Part shown: piece by piece, positions 13,040-26,589 of the stretch
Position numbering within the stretch: position 1 is the first letter of the stretch
How the letters are laid out: each line of letters begins with the position of its first letter
The notes under the pieces: model-generated
Database searches by the model: none
What the model saw: only the letters and a program-made list of their open reading frames with translations
What the model was told of the DNA's origin: nothing
NCBI RefSeq assembly: GCF_009834535.1
Contig: NC_045697.1
Location: forward strand, 24,492,001 to 24,556,000
Reading direction: 5' to 3'
Origin: Camelus ferus
Lineage: Eukaryota
DNA: 64,000 bases
Made by a program: the position numbers and the translations under genes

Positions 13040-13189
13040 AAGTGATGGAAAATGAGCAGATGCTCAAACATAAGGCTGAGATTCAATGCACTAGTGGTGG
13101 AAGTCAAAACATCTTTTGAATTTATTTCTATGGCTTTATTTGCATATCTTGCTGAAAGTTAGCAACTTTTATTTTTCTTGTTTTATTTA

Positions 13190-13730
13190 TTCCACTTATC
13201 TGTTGCTGAAGAGAAAACCACTTGAATGCTCAGTGGCTGAAAACAACAACAATTAATTATCTTGCTCACAAATCTGCAGTCTGAACACGACATGGGAAAA
13301 AGGTTTGTCTATTCACGCAGTATCAGCTGAGGCAACTTGATGGAGGATTAGAAGATCCACTTCCAAGATGGCTTGCTCCCAGGGCTGGCAAGTATGTGTT
13401 GGCTATTAGCTGGGATCTCAGATGTGGCTGAAGGCTTGAGGCTTTGTTCCAACCCATGTGGCTTGGAGTTCTTTGGAGTATGGTGGCTGTGTTCTGATGG
13501 TAGTTATTTCCAGAGAGAGAAAGAGAGAGAGACAGATGGGAACTCTATTGACTTTAATGGTTCAGCCTTGGAAGTTATACATCTTCATTTCTGCCAGACT
13601 CTTAATGGGGTAATCACAAAGGTTGGCCCAGGTGCAAAGAAAATGGACGTATGCTCCACCTCTTGATTATGAAATGGGAAGTTTCCAAAAGACCATATGA
13701 AACAGGAAATATTTTTATGACTAGTTTGAT
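13190..13730 (-). mobile_element. MLT1-type MaLR LTR
   Basis: ctcagtggctgaaaacaac..gctcacaaatctgcagtctg..gatccacttccaagatggct are characteristic of antisense MLT1. Confidence 0.8.
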
Positions 13731-14764
13731 AAATTATAAATTAAACATAAATAATTATGTTCCAAAAATTTCACTGGGAGAAAATATAACTAAGATATTA
13801 GAGATCCCATAATAAAAATAAACTTAGATATGAAAGGCACAGGGTAGCTATGGGAATATTTTCTAGCATAAAATTTATTTTGCTTCTAGAGAATAATATT
13901 AATACATTCTCTGTGCTTAATTATTCAATCTATATATTCCATGCCATTTTGACCTATTAATTTAGAGTTACATACAAGTCATTGTTTGTTGTCCCAAAAT
14001 ACATAAAGTTCATAAACAATATAAAGCTACAGGGATCCATATATCCCTGAATATCATGGTCAGGAGATGGTTACTGAAATAATTTCAATAATTTCAAGTC
14101 AATCATATACATGAAGAAAGGTATCATTGAATACCTTTGTTACTGTTTCTATCTTAAAATTCCATCCAGCAGGGGCAAAACAAATTTTCTTTATCATCAT
14201 CTTTAGGGAGCAAGAGCAAAATGTTTCTCATCCTTGAGTTGGAGCTTTTACTTACTTTCTACTTATCTCATCATCTTCCCTACAATTTCATAAGCTGAAA
14301 AATGAAACCCTCCCAGAAATAAAACACAGCTGTTGTGATTACATTCAGAAAGTCCAAAATAGAAATTACCACATTTATTTACTGTAAAGGCTCAGTAATG
14401 TTTCCGAGAAAGCTGTGAGTAGAAAAGGGAACTAATGTTAAAATGATGAAAAGCCTGAATTACAGAATATATTCTACAGAAATTATTGACATATATGCAT
14501 TAATTACATAAAATGCTAATGAAGTGTTTCTGACTCTATATTAAAGGTAAGAATAATGACTTCATCAGTTTTACTGAGATAATTATTAATTAGACTACAA
14601 ATTTATTGCATTAATTTATGACAGAGCACCTATTATGTGCAAGTAAGTCATTGCTGAGTTGAGATGAGTTTTCTGAAAAAAAAAAATTAGAGGCTATTTC
14701 TAGACCACTAGAGATACATTTACAAGATAACAAATGAGACCATTTGGAGGTAGATAAGCACTTT

Positions 14765-14966
14765 CAAATCTACTAACCACTGTATATAAAATAGATAAAC
14801 AACAAGTTTATACTGTATAGCACAGGGAACTATATTCAATACCTTGTAGTAATCTATAATGAAAAAGAATATAAAATGAGTATATGTATGTATATGTATA
14901 ACTGAACTATTATGCTGCAACCCAGAAACTGACACATTATAAACTGACTATACTTTAAAAAAAAAG
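14765..14966 (+). mobile_element. Young lineage-specific L1 3' end
   Basis: aaacaacaagtttatactgtatagcacagggaactatattcaatacc...aactgactatacttt plus an A-tail. Confidence 0.9.
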
Positions 14967-16139
14967 AGAAAATATGTTCCTAGGTTTTAGAAATTTAAAA
15001 AAAGCAGTTATAAGTTAGTATAACATCAATATCAAAACATCCTAAAATTAAAGATTAAAAAAAAGGATATTATGGATCATAAAATGCATGAAATAAACAC
15101 TATTTTTCTCTCCTTTTCTCATCCTTTCTGGACCACTTAATAATTTTTTTGCCTTTTTAAATAATACGATAGTTTTTTAATCATAAAAACAAATGTAAAG
15201 TTACTTGCAACTTAAGAATGAACAAATAAATCAGACTTAACGTGGGAAAATTCAAAGTTCCTTAAAACTCTAACAATAAAAGAAATAGGAATATTACAGC
15301 AATTGACAATTTTACAATAGAGCATGGAGAAACTTAAAATCTATTTTTTGAATATTTACTTTATTAATATCCATTTATAAATTTTAATTGTTATCTTTTC
15401 AGCAGTTAAACTTGGCAATTATATTTTCCTAAGTTTTAGTACAATTTTCTCAAGTTTGCAATTCAAAAAATAATAATGCAGTACTACAGTTCTTAATTCA
15501 ACTTGCAATAAAATAATAAAGTGTTTTTTCTAATGTGTTTATCTAGGAAATGAACAAAAATAGCCTAAATTCACTTAAAAAGATCTTTGATTTAGAATCA
15601 TAAGTGCTACATAACAAAGTTTATGGGACTGGAAATAATTGATATACAATAGAAAACTAGAATTAATTGGAATTTATTTTGCTGTGAATGACTAATGAAT
15701 TACTGTAATAAAATTAACTTAAATGTAAACTAATAAGTTTAAACTATTTAAAATATGCCCCTTATATTATAAATTAGAAATAAAGAATAAATGAATTAAT
15801 ACAAATTTACACTGAATTCATTGTTTCTACATAAACAATATGAAGAAAAAAACCTTTAAATGCAAGTAGGCTTTAAAAATCATGTATGTATCCGTGTGCA
15901 CTAACTGAATTTCAGCACTGGGATTTAGATAATCTTGATACATTTCCCAATACCCATACTGATAATACCTTGAGTCATCTGGTGATAGAATCATAAAACC
16001 ATGTCTTCAAATAATCGCTTACAATCATTTTTTTCAATGAATATGTTCATTTATATTGATGCCAAGAAAATAGATGAAAACAAGATTGATGAAATCTTTC
16101 CTCCGATAGGAGAGCAGGAAAATAAACCCATTAAAATAT

Positions 16140-16935
16140 AATAAACACTATTTCTGACCATGATGGAATAGTTAATATTAGACATACCCCACATAAATGC
16201 TTATGATGTTGAGTAAAATATACAGAGCAACTGTTCTCAAGCATTGGACAATGGACTATGAAGAATGAACAGAGGAACTATTCTGAATTGACCAGAATAA
16301 ATATTTGAAGAGATAATGGCCATTTAGCCATTTTTTTCTAAATTAATAAAAGGTAAAACCACAGATCCATCAAGCTCATTATAGTTCAAGAAGGATTAAG
16401 CATGGAAATCACACTTGGGAACACAGTTAAATTGCTAAAAAAATGAAGAAAAGGAAAGAAACTTTCTAAGAAACCTCTCCCCTCAAAATTCATATTATGT
16501 TCGAGGGAAAAATATTATAAGCAGTAATTCTCATCTCATTAAAAACAGTGGAGGCCAGAAAACAAGAAACAGCATCATTAAAGTGCTAAAAGAGGAAAAA
16601 CAAAGGCAATTTAGAAATCTATATGCAGTCAAAATTTCCTTCCAAATTTAAGTAGAAATAAATATATATTTTTGACAAATGATAGTTGGGGCACTAATTT
16701 TTTAATTATAAAAATAAAATTTAGGCTTAAAAGTTAAAGGAAAAAAAAATCAAAGTAGAAGTTGAGATCTTAAGAAAAAAATATAGAGAATCCCAAATAG
16801 TAAATATGTGAGTAAATATAAAATACTGCTTTTAAAAAAAAGTATTAAAAATTTAAAAATAATAGCAAAGCACTCTGATGCATATAATATGCACAGAAAT
16901 ATATGAAAACAGTAGCACAGATGGGTAAAAAGAAT
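16140..16935 (+). mobile_element. Old L1M fragment (5'/ORF1 region)
   Basis: atatttgaagagataatggc..ccacagatccatcaagctc and aacagtggaggccagaaaaca are degenerate L1 ORF1 motifs. Confidence 0.7.
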
Positions 16936-16937
16936 CA

Positions 16938-17812
16938 AAGGCAGTCCTGATTGGTAAGCTGTAACTGTGCAAAGTGATCTTAAAAATTAAATACATAAGG
17001 AAATGAAAAAAACCCTTCATATTTATTTAGTACATTTTAACTTAAAACAATAGTTTTTTTTTTGTTTGTTTAAAAAAGTATAAATATAGTTTGAGCAGTT
17101 GTTCAGATCTTGTCTTCTTCTTGGCATATGACTTAGGATGTTGTTTGAGCATCTTTCTGTCTTTTCGAATTTGTGTCATAATACTTTCTAAGCATGAAGA
17201 GTTTTTCTGTATTTTCCCCTTATACTTTAAATGTCATGAAATATCTCCAAAAGTTCTTTAATGCAAAGTTTTGCCAGAGTCTCTTACTCTGGGACATCTT
17301 TTTCCTTTTTGTCACAACATTTTTAGGATTATCTCATTTATGTCAATAAGTCACCTCCACTGAGTTTCCCTGGTTGCACACTGAATATCTCTCAGATTGT
17401 AGCAGTGTCAACATCCCTATGGTCAGCTATTTCCTCTATAACTTCTAATTTAATTGCAACATTGTAATTTTTAAATTTTTGCTATGTTCTCAACTTTATT
17501 ACTCAGTTCCTTCTTTTGGTCATCCATTTTGTAAACTGACACATGGTTTTATCATTGGAAGACAAGGAAGCAACCCGATTATATGATTTCCTGTCTGTGC
17601 ATGAACCAAAAAGCAGTTGTGCAGTGGGTACTGATCATGAAACACACCTGTTACTTACATAGTGCTTTGTGGACTGAAGAGCTGGCTAAGTTTATTGTTT
17701 ACTCACAGTTAATATGCTGCAGTATCTAAAATTTAAATGGTGAGTTGGGGCCTCATGCACATGGTAACAGAAATTCTTACATATCAGAGATGTGCAAAGC
17801 AAGGACTGCCTA
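16938..17812 (+). mobile_element. Tigger13a-like TcMar DNA transposon nested in an old L1
   Basis: Inverted termini aggcagtcct (16939) and aggactgcct (~17802-17811), with internal gctgtaactgtgcaaagtgatcttaa and terminal gtgcaaagcaaggactgcc. Confidence 0.75.
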
Positions 17813-17829
17813 CATGTTCTTATTTCTTA

Positions 17830-19020
17830 TATTGTTATAAGTCTTATAAGATTTTTATGTTGTACTAGAATGATCTAATACTAATTTATGATAGATTGTG
17901 ATAAGTTAAGAGTCTGTATTGCAATCCTTCTAATACCACTAAAAATGTAATACAAACATGTATAGATAAAAATCTCATATGAAAGTTAAAATGCAATACT
18001 AAAAACAGTAAATAAATACTTGATTTATGCAAGCAAAGATAGGGAAAGACAAAGTGTAGAGAAAATATAGAGAAAATAAATCACAAAATAGTAAACTTAA
18101 TACCAATCATGTCAATAATTAAATTAAATTCAAATGTACTAAACATTACCTTTAAAAGACAGAGATTGCCAGTATGAATATAAAAATATACAACTGTATG
18201 GCTTTTACAGGAGATAAAATTTAAAGGGCACAGAGAAACTGAAAGGATGGGAAATGATGCACAATACAGAAACTAATGATTGTGGCCTAACTTACATTAA
18301 TATCCAATAAAGTAGTTATTACCAAAGATAAAGATTTTTTATAATAACAAAAGGGTAAATTCATCAGGAAGGCTTAATAGTCCTTAGAGTGTATATATCT
18401 CATAACAGAGCTTTAAAATACATGTAACAAAAATTAAATATTGAAGATTTTAACACTAATTTCTCAGTATATTACTGAATAAGTAGACAAAAGTTAAGGA
18501 TATAGGAATGAAAACTATCTGATTTTACCTAATTGGTATTTATGAGGCACCATATCCAACAAGGACAGAATATACATTCTTTTTAAAGACACAGGAAATA
18601 TTCACCAATATAAACTACAGTCTGGAGCATAAAATGAATTTCAATAAGTTTCAAATAATTAAAAACTATATAGGAGATTTCAATCTGAACCCAATAAGCA
18701 TAAGCAAGAAAACTATAAAATAAAACCTAGAAATTTTCCAACTATTCAAAAATAAACAACCATATCCCTAATCCCTATGGGTCAAATAAAAGATCAGTAG
18801 AAATCAGAAAATGTCTCATGCCAAATATTACTGAAAACAAAACTTCACAAAATTTGTAGACATAATTAAAGTGGTACATAGAGAAATTTTTATACCTCAA
18901 AGTGTATAGGAAGAAAAAGGAGACCATTTAAAATCAACTATCTACATCTCTGCTACAAAAAGCTGGAAAAAGAAAAGCAGATGGAAATAAATAAAATAGA
19001 TTAAGATGAGAATAAATAGG
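17830..19020 (+). mobile_element. Old L1M fragment (ORF2 endonuclease region), continuing 16140-16935
   Basis: aaaagacagagattgccag, aaagggtaaattcatcaggaag, gaagattttaacac and cagaatatacattcttt are degenerate L1 endonuclease-coding motifs. Confidence 0.8.
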
Positions 19021-19039
19021 AAAAGTTCAAATTATTATA

Positions 19040-19240
19040 AGTCATAGGGAGAAAATAGAATTGCAAGATATGGTTAAGAGTGTATGGGGAGGGCAGAGAT
19101 AGTCAGGGGAGGTCTCTCTAAGGAGATGACATTTGATTCAAGAACTGGGGGGAAAAAGGAGACAGTGGAAAATATATGGAGGGAGATCATTCTAGGTAAT
19201 TAGAACAACAGATGCAGAAGTCTGATGGAGCACACGAAAA
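19040..19240 (-). mobile_element. L2 fragment
   Basis: gtcagggaaggtctctct-like sequence followed by aggagatgacatttga and cattctagg. Confidence 0.6.
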
Positions 19241-19329
19241 ACTCAACTTGTGAAGCAAGAAGAACCGCTCAACGTGTACGTACATGCACACTTATGCTTG
19301 TGTACCTGTGCTCTCCAGACATGTGCTAG

Positions 19330-19548
19330 ACGTCTGCTGCCCCTTCAGCATGGGTCCCAGAATGGGTCACGTGGGACACAGTTCAACCTGACCCAAAGTC
19401 TGGAACCAAACTCAGTTGACCCATATCTTGAAACAAATTTGCACCAGTACACCTATAAGCAGATAAATAATAGTTTTGTTTTGGTAAGCCACTGAGATTT
19501 GAGGTGATCCATTATGCAGTTTTACTGCAGGAATAACTCTCTAATACA
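19330..19548 (+). mobile_element. MLT1-type LTR, 3' part
   Basis: Ends taagccactgagatttgaggtg..ttatgcag..ctaataca. Confidence 0.7.
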
Positions 19549-19644
19549 AATGGCAGCCATGCAGGGTAGTGATTTGAAATGAAGAGTAGGAATGTAACTT
19601 AATTATATAATATCAGGTGATAGTGGAATATACAATGGTTTGGA

Positions 19645-19825
19645 GAGTTGTTCTTAGACTTTGAGGTACGTGAGAATCACCCTGAAAACTTAAAATCTAT
19701 GTTTAATGGCTTATCCCTTAGAGATTATTATTCATTTGATCTGCCTTGGGGATTAGTAATCTATTTTTTAAAAAATATTATCCACATTGATCCTGATGCA
19801 ATTGTTTACCTAAGCACACTTGTAT
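19645..19825. mobile_element. MER5-like hAT-Charlie MITE
   Basis: gttcttagactttgag..tgagaatcacctgaaaacttaaaa..agagattattattcatt..atctatttttt. Confidence 0.55.
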
Positions 19826-21423
19826 TAAGTAAGCAAAGTGACAGAATGCATTTAAGAAGCATAAAGCATACCATTTGTCTTCACAGTCTTGAAATATTTT
19901 ATTTCTTGGGCAAATATATATTAGAAGTGAATGTACACTTGCTTCCCCCTTTATTTTTTGTTTGGGTAAACGCTTGGTTTCACAAAAGTGAAATAAGTAT
20001 ATTTTGATTAATTTGGAATATCTATGGGCAGCTTCATTTCAAATATTGCTTCCCCTAAGTAATTTCTGACCCTGCTTGTCTGATCAAGTTTTTATGACTG
20101 GAATCTGGATTTCAACCGGCTTCTTTGCAGATGTTCTTCTTTTCTGACCTTCTGAGGTTGGGTTAAATCAGCTGGTCAACGTTATTTACCCCACGGTTTG
20201 GAAGTGTTATCATTTATTCTCATGCTGTCTGTATTTTCAATTACGGAAGCAGATTTTGCCCAAAATGTGGTCTGGAAAGTTCGAGTAGTTCATAGGTACC
20301 ACTTGTAGAGATGCAGAGATCCGCCACTTCTATTTTCTTTTCATATAAAAAGCCTCTAATTTTATGCAATAACTTTTTAGAAACACTCTCATTCTCCCAT
20401 TTTCTAGCAGCAGAAGACTTGGTTGCTACAGTTTTGAAATAAGAGCCTTTGACTTTCAAATTTGAGTTTTGGAAAATTAGTCGCTTCTAGCAAGCCTTCT
20501 GTATTTTATTCTACTGCTTTTTCCCTCTTTTTGTTCTTTATACCGTTCCACAATATGGGATTCATATATGGTGAGTTATGTATTTAACAACACCCATGAC
20601 TGCATCATAGCTTATTTCATTGTCTTTCACTGTTCATAACATCTAATAATTCTGAGTAACAATAAGCCAACAGAATACCAACACTGTACAAAAATAATGA
20701 ATGGAAGCCCAAGATAGGAATAACTGTTTGCTTTACAATCACTGTGCTTCTCTTTGCTAGTTGACAGTTCATTGACTAAAGCATTAATCACAACCTCTCT
20801 CTGTCCTCCTCGGCAGTGGTTTAGGATAATAGAGAATCATCAGCTGAGGTCATTTGAATCCACAATGTGAAATATAAAGGCCAAAGTATTCTGGGTAATA
20901 AAATGTGATTATTAAATTCTTGTACAAAGGATAGCACTCTGATGGAAACGAATTATATTACTTTAGGCTACAGACCATTGTCACGGATACAAGGAGACAT
21001 GAGGACATATGCACCTGGGGAAATCAGTATCTATTTTAGTGGACTATTCTTCCAAACTCAATTTCCTGCAATAATGACCATCTAGATCCCTATACTAAGA
21101 TACAGTTCTGCTCATCATGGTCTCCTTGAAAAGTCTGATTGAATATGCTTTCAGTTCTTTTTCCTAAACAAATTCCCCTTTGGACTCTGCCTTCTAGAGT
21201 GCAATTCAGTTCCCACAAATACCTCTATTTATTACTTTAATAGATTCTACTTTCCCAAACACCTTGTCTGAGCTAAAATTAAGGATGTGCTCACCACTGA
21301 ATGTAAAAGGACATTCCTCCTTGTTAATATCTCTAAGGCAAGAAAGGAAGAAAAGGCTTTCTTTCCATTATTTAGCAAGTTTAATTAGTGTAACTAGCAA
21401 AATAGACTAATTTAAATAGTTTA

Positions 21424-21560
21424 GGGAGGGTACAGCTCAGTGGTAGAGGGTATGCTTAGCATGTATGGGGTCCTGGGTTCAGTCCCCAGTACCTCTGTTA
21501 AAAAATAAATAAGCCTAATTAAAAAATTAAATACACCTCATTACCCACCCCCCAAAAAAA
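21424..21560 (+). mobile_element. tRNA-derived SINE (camelid Vic-1-like)
   Basis: gggagggtacagctcagtggtagag (A box) .. gtcctgggttcagtccccagtacc (B box), followed by an A-rich tail. Confidence 0.85.
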
Positions 21561-21634
21561 CCCCAAATTTTAAAACAATTTAAATCCTTACAATTAGTTT
21601 AAAATAAAGTGGGTTGGTAATTTATATTTACTAT

Positions 21635-22370
21635 AAAGCATTGAACACTTACTGAGGACTCTTCATGTGCTGGGAGCTATTTTATGGCAACAGTTTATGG
21701 TATTTAACTCCTGATATTTAATTGGATACATAAATAATCAAACTAGGATCACATTGTCCAGCTTTCTTGAAGACAAGTGTACTATGTGACCAAATTTGGG
21801 CCAATGGGAAATGGTTGGGCAGAAGTCACACGGAACTTTTTAGGAAACTTCCTTAAAAGACAGTAGTTGTGAAACCTTCGTTCCCTTCTCATGTGTTGTT
21901 CCTTCCTGGAACTGGATGTGAACTGAATGTAAACACAGTGGCAGGAGAAGGAGCAGAAGTGTTGGATCATGATTTGGTTTTCAGGGGAAAGTCTGGGTGA
22001 CCATGAACTTTATGAAGCAGAACTGCCACATCAGCACTAGGTTGCTTGATTCCAAATGACGCTAAACTTCGACACGAAAGGCAAACGAGCTTTATTGTGT
22101 GTTTGCTTGTTTTAAGTCACCGTTATTCTGGATCTGTATCATGCTTTGCTGAACACAACCCCAGCTTATGTTATACATACAGTATCTCATTTAATGCTCA
22201 AAACATAACTCTACAGTAAGAACCATTAATATCCCTATCCTACAGTTAAAGAGACTCAAGCATAGGAGATGGATGAAGTTTTTCTATGTCTTATAGCTAA
22301 CAAATAGAACAGCCAGGTCTGTCCAGGTGGTCTGATTCTGGAGACCATGCTTTTAGCAAGTATAGAAGAT
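21635..22370 (-). mobile_element. MIR split by an MLT1-type LTR (LTR ~21700-22170, + strand)
   Basis: The MIR tail part (aacacttactgaggac..atgtgctggg) resumes at ~22180 (atctcatttaatgctca..cctatcctacagttaaagagact). The intervening sequence has MLT1 motifs (tatgtgaccaaatttgggccaatgg; tttaagtcaccgttattctgg). Confidence 0.7.
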
Positions 22371-22763
22371 TGTCTTGCTTCTTAAACCGTACACCCTTCT
22401 GGGCTGTGAAGTTGCAGACTCATTCTTTGCTGTTCTTACACATCACTATTACAATGTTCAGAAATGTCAACACCTAAGATGGAAAGGAAAGATATTTCAG
22501 CTGCGAAGTAGCTGAGAAATTTTCTTTCAGATACTCCAGGTTGTTTTTTTTTTTTTCTCTGTATCAATGGGCTCATAGCTGTCAACTTGAGCTTTAAAGA
22601 AATGGCATTGTTTAGATTCCTGTCATTCCCCTTGAGCTTGAAAATGACACTTAGTACCTGACCATCCGCTAACAGGCATTAACCTTTTTCCAGACTGAAT
22701 CCTGAAGAACAACAAGCAATCTACATAAGGTGCTTGAGATTCTGAAATACAGGTGCTATTTTT

Positions 22764-22879
22764 CTTTCAGAGGTGGGGGCAATTAGGCTTATTTATCTTT
22801 TAATGGAAGTACTGGGGATTGAATCCAAGACCTCGTGCATGCTAAACACATGCTTTGCCACTGAGCTATATCCTCCCCT
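22764..22879 (-). mobile_element. tRNA-derived SINE (camelid Vic-1-like) with TSD
   Basis: Reverse complement is ggggaggatatagctcagtggcaaag..gaggtcttggattcaatccccagtac. Flanked by acaggtgctattttt (22749-22763) and acaagtgctattttt (22882-22896). Confidence 0.9.
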
Positions 22880-23410
22880 GCACAAGTGCTATTTTTAAAA
22901 TAATGATTTTATTGTTTAGTTTTTCTTATTACAACCATAACATGTGGCCATGTGACATATTTTCATATGGATCAGCAACATTAACTAAGCAAACATGTCA
23001 TTTATTAACGGGCTTAGACTTCCCCACTATCTCACCCTAATTATTGCTTGTCCCTAGATTTGCATGTGTTTGCTTTAGTATCTTTGTGTCTGAATCTCAT
23101 GATGGGAGTATCAAAAAGGAAATTTGACCTAGAAGAGGTATAACTATACTGAAGGAAAAATCTAGAGTGCCAGAACTCTTCTCCAGCAATGATTACACTA
23201 GACTTGACATCAATTGCTATCACTATCCAGAAGCCCACACATTAATTCAGACTAAATGCTTTAGATCCTGACTGCTTTAGACAAATATCTCATCCCTGAC
23301 TATAACAGGCATCTTTCCCTTGGAAATTAAGAAGAGCATACACCCGAGAAGAAGGAAAACAAGTTTAAAAAATGACTGTGACCAGGAAAGGATCCTTTGG
23401 ACGGCAGTTT

Positions 23411-24262
23411 TAGTAGCCCTCTCTCATCTGTGGCAATGACATTCCCAGATGCCCAGTGGATGCCTGAAACCGCAGACAGCACCAAACCCTCTATATACTA
23501 TGTTTTTTTCTGTAAATACATATCTATGTTAAAGTTTAATTTATAAATTAGGCACAGTAAGAGATTAATAATAAATAATAATAAAATATATCAATTATAA
23601 TAGTATACTGTAATAAAAGTTATGTGAATGTGTTTTCTCACCCTCTCTGTCTCTCAAAATATCTTATTGTATAAATTTAAAGCCTTTTCCATGTTAACTA
23701 AGCACTTATCACACTCTGGGGTTATACCTTTTTGCAGTTTGAGGTGCAACAGTAAAATTAGCATAAATTAATTTTTCCTTTTTTACAATTTCACAGATAG
23801 AAGATTTGTTCTTACTGGACATCTTACCAACCTCAGCATACAATTTTTTTCTTTTCTTGTTAAGCTGAGAGCATTCATCTTTTCACTTAAAAGAAGCTTT
23901 CTATGGATTTTCTTTGGCATATTCCAATTGCCAGTATCACTACTTTTGTGCTTTGGGGTTATAATTAAATAAAATAAGAGTGACCTGGACATAAGCACTG
24001 CAGTACCTCATCAGTCAATCTGATAACCGAGATGGCTACTAAGTGACTGATAGGTATATCATGATGGATAAAGGGCTGATTCACATCCCAGATGGGATGG
24101 GGTGAAATGGCAAGAGATTTTATCATGTGACTCAGAACAGTGTACAATTTAAAACTTTAGATTTTTTATTTCTAGAATTTTCCATGTAATATTTATGGAG
24201 TGCTGTTGACTTTAGTAACTGAATCCTCAGAAAGCGAACCCACAAATAAGGGGCGAATACTA
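23411..24262 (+). mobile_element. MER44/Tigger7-like TcMar element
   Basis: Imperfect TIRs tagtagccctctctcatctgtgg ... cacaaataaggggcgaatacta, with internal cccagtggatgcctgaaaccgc and ttaatttataaattaggcacagtaagagattaa. Confidence 0.9.
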
Positions 24263-26017
24263 TAATGAATTAGTAATCTTCCATGTAGAAGGGGAGAAAG
24301 GAGGAAGTAAAATCTAAAATTATATACTCTGAAGATACTCAACTTCTATTTTATACATTGTCTTGAAATTTCCCAATTCCTTTACTTTAATCAAAAATTA
24401 GTGTGGAAAAAAGAATAGTACATTTCCACACCCCACATTCTTGATTTCATTAAGAAATTGCATCATTTAATTGAATGGGCTGCAATGTGGAGAAACAGAA
24501 AGCAAGCATATGTTCCAAGAATGAAGGTCATCTGTGATATTTTACCTCTCTCACTCGCAGAACAGAAACCCAATCGACACCCTAAACATCATGAAACAAC
24601 AAGCAAAACCAGTAATATCTGTCTTCATATAATGTTATTGGTATAAATTAGTTCCTCACCCCTCCCTGTACTGCTCCTTTCTGCACTGGGGACATTGTTG
24701 CCAACATATCCAGCCACGTTCCTTTGTGGATGCTAGGGGTAGGTTTGGATTTTAATACTGTAGTTAGGTGGAGATGTCCTGAAGTTGGTGACATTCAAAA
24801 TCTCACATCAAACGTGAACAAATTCTAGCAGAAATTTTCGTTCATTCCCAAAGTGCTCAAGCATCTCTTTTATTTGTTCTGAACTTAAATGAGGTGTTTA
24901 TATCCCAAGTTTCTCCCACCAGGGTCCAAGGACAGAGAGTCTAAGCACACTGATGACAGTGACTTGCTGTCTTGAATATTCTCCAATCAACTGCCATGGA
25001 GGCAGGTTTATCCTTTGGATAGAATGTACACATCTCACACTTGGACTAGATGTTTCTGTCACTTTGTGCCATAACAACTAGTTTGCACTAAGATCTGTTC
25101 TTTCCCCACTGAGTAAAGACATTTTTGGAAAGTTTTTATTTTTCTCTGCTCTTTTTGAACTGAGCATTGCCAGTCCTCAGTATTCCATACCCTTAATGAG
25201 ACATACTTTCCTACAGACTCATAGCAAACTCTGACTCCCTTAGACATAAAGGGTCTTAGCTCCTTCCCCTAGCCGTCGCAAGCTTATAGCCTGATCATTA
25301 GGTTTCTGTTGAGGAAGGAAATGTACACTGCACGAGGTAAAATATTGCAAGAGTATTTCCACATTTACTCTAATCCCTTAGTTACTCCTCCCTGGAAGAG
25401 AAATGAATAATCACCAGGGTAACTTTGGGAGGATAAACAGAGCATGCTCAGTTCAGCATCTTTAAGTACTCTTAATCAAAGTCTGACTACCTTCAAGACA
25501 AACACATTTTGGTACTTCATATATATACTCCACTACTGGTGTGGAACTTGTATTTCCTATCTGTTTCAAAACCCAAAGGAAAATAAGAGGATTTTAAAAA
25601 CTGACTTCCTAAGACCCCTGATACTCATTGCTGGAATCCCACCTTAAATGAACCAGACTGATGGGAAATGTTCTTCCCTATGCAACAAACGAAAGGAATT
25701 TAACAGAATCAGCAACTGCTAAATCAAGAGTTTGCAGTTACACAATTCATCAATGACACAAACACGAGTCATTGATTTCTCCCTGGCTTTTATGCACACG
25801 AATTTTTATTCTCAAAAATGGTTGCCAGTAGACAAAGTGGATTATTTTCATATGCCTAAGAGATATTGTCACAGACTGCAACATTATACTTCTAATCCCA
25901 TGGTGCTAAGGGCTTTAAGGGGTCATTCATCCTGTTTTCCTGGATCCTGAGGAATAAATTTGTAATCAAAATAGAAGCACACTTCCAAGTATTTCATGTT
26001 TTCGCTAACTTTTTTAT

Positions 26018-26272
26018 TATGGAAAGAGTATGTTAGAAATATCAAATCCTGGAACCAGACTTAATGGAATTTCTCTGCTATTATCTAGCTCATTGACTTT
26101 TGGAAGTTGGGTTTTGGCAAGTTTCCTCATCTATAAAATGGTGATGATAATAATGTTTTTTTTTTAATCTCACTGAATTCTTGTGAGTATTAAATGTTTT
26201 AAAATGTGGAAAGCTCTAATAACAGTGCCTGGCACACAATATTTTCTCAATAAATGTTAATGATTATTATCA
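26018..26272 (+). mobile_element. MIR
   Basis: gtttcctcatctataaaatgg..aacagtgcctggcacac..ctcaataaatgtta. Confidence 0.85.
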
Positions 26273-26589
26273 TCCACTGAAAGATGATAGAGATCCCAGG
26301 AGTAATGCTGAACATACTTCTATAGGGCATATGAAGGCACTTAACCATTTTCCACATCAACCATAGATAGATGTTTCATAATATTCATTCTTTAGCTCAA
26401 TACTGTAAAATAAAATTTTTTAAACAGTTCAAGGCATCATGATCTGAGGGCATATAGTACCTATCTATTTTAATGCAACTATTTAGAATGTGATAATCCA
26501 AACTCATAGCTATTTTCCCGGAGTTAATTTATGCTTCTTTGATAAAGGAGATGAAAAGTTTTATCATTTATTAGTAACTCTTCAGTACG

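Noticed and set aside
21424..21500. tRNA gene
   Set aside because: It has A/B boxes but also the SINE head and A-rich tail and a diverged second copy with a TSD, so it is a SINE.
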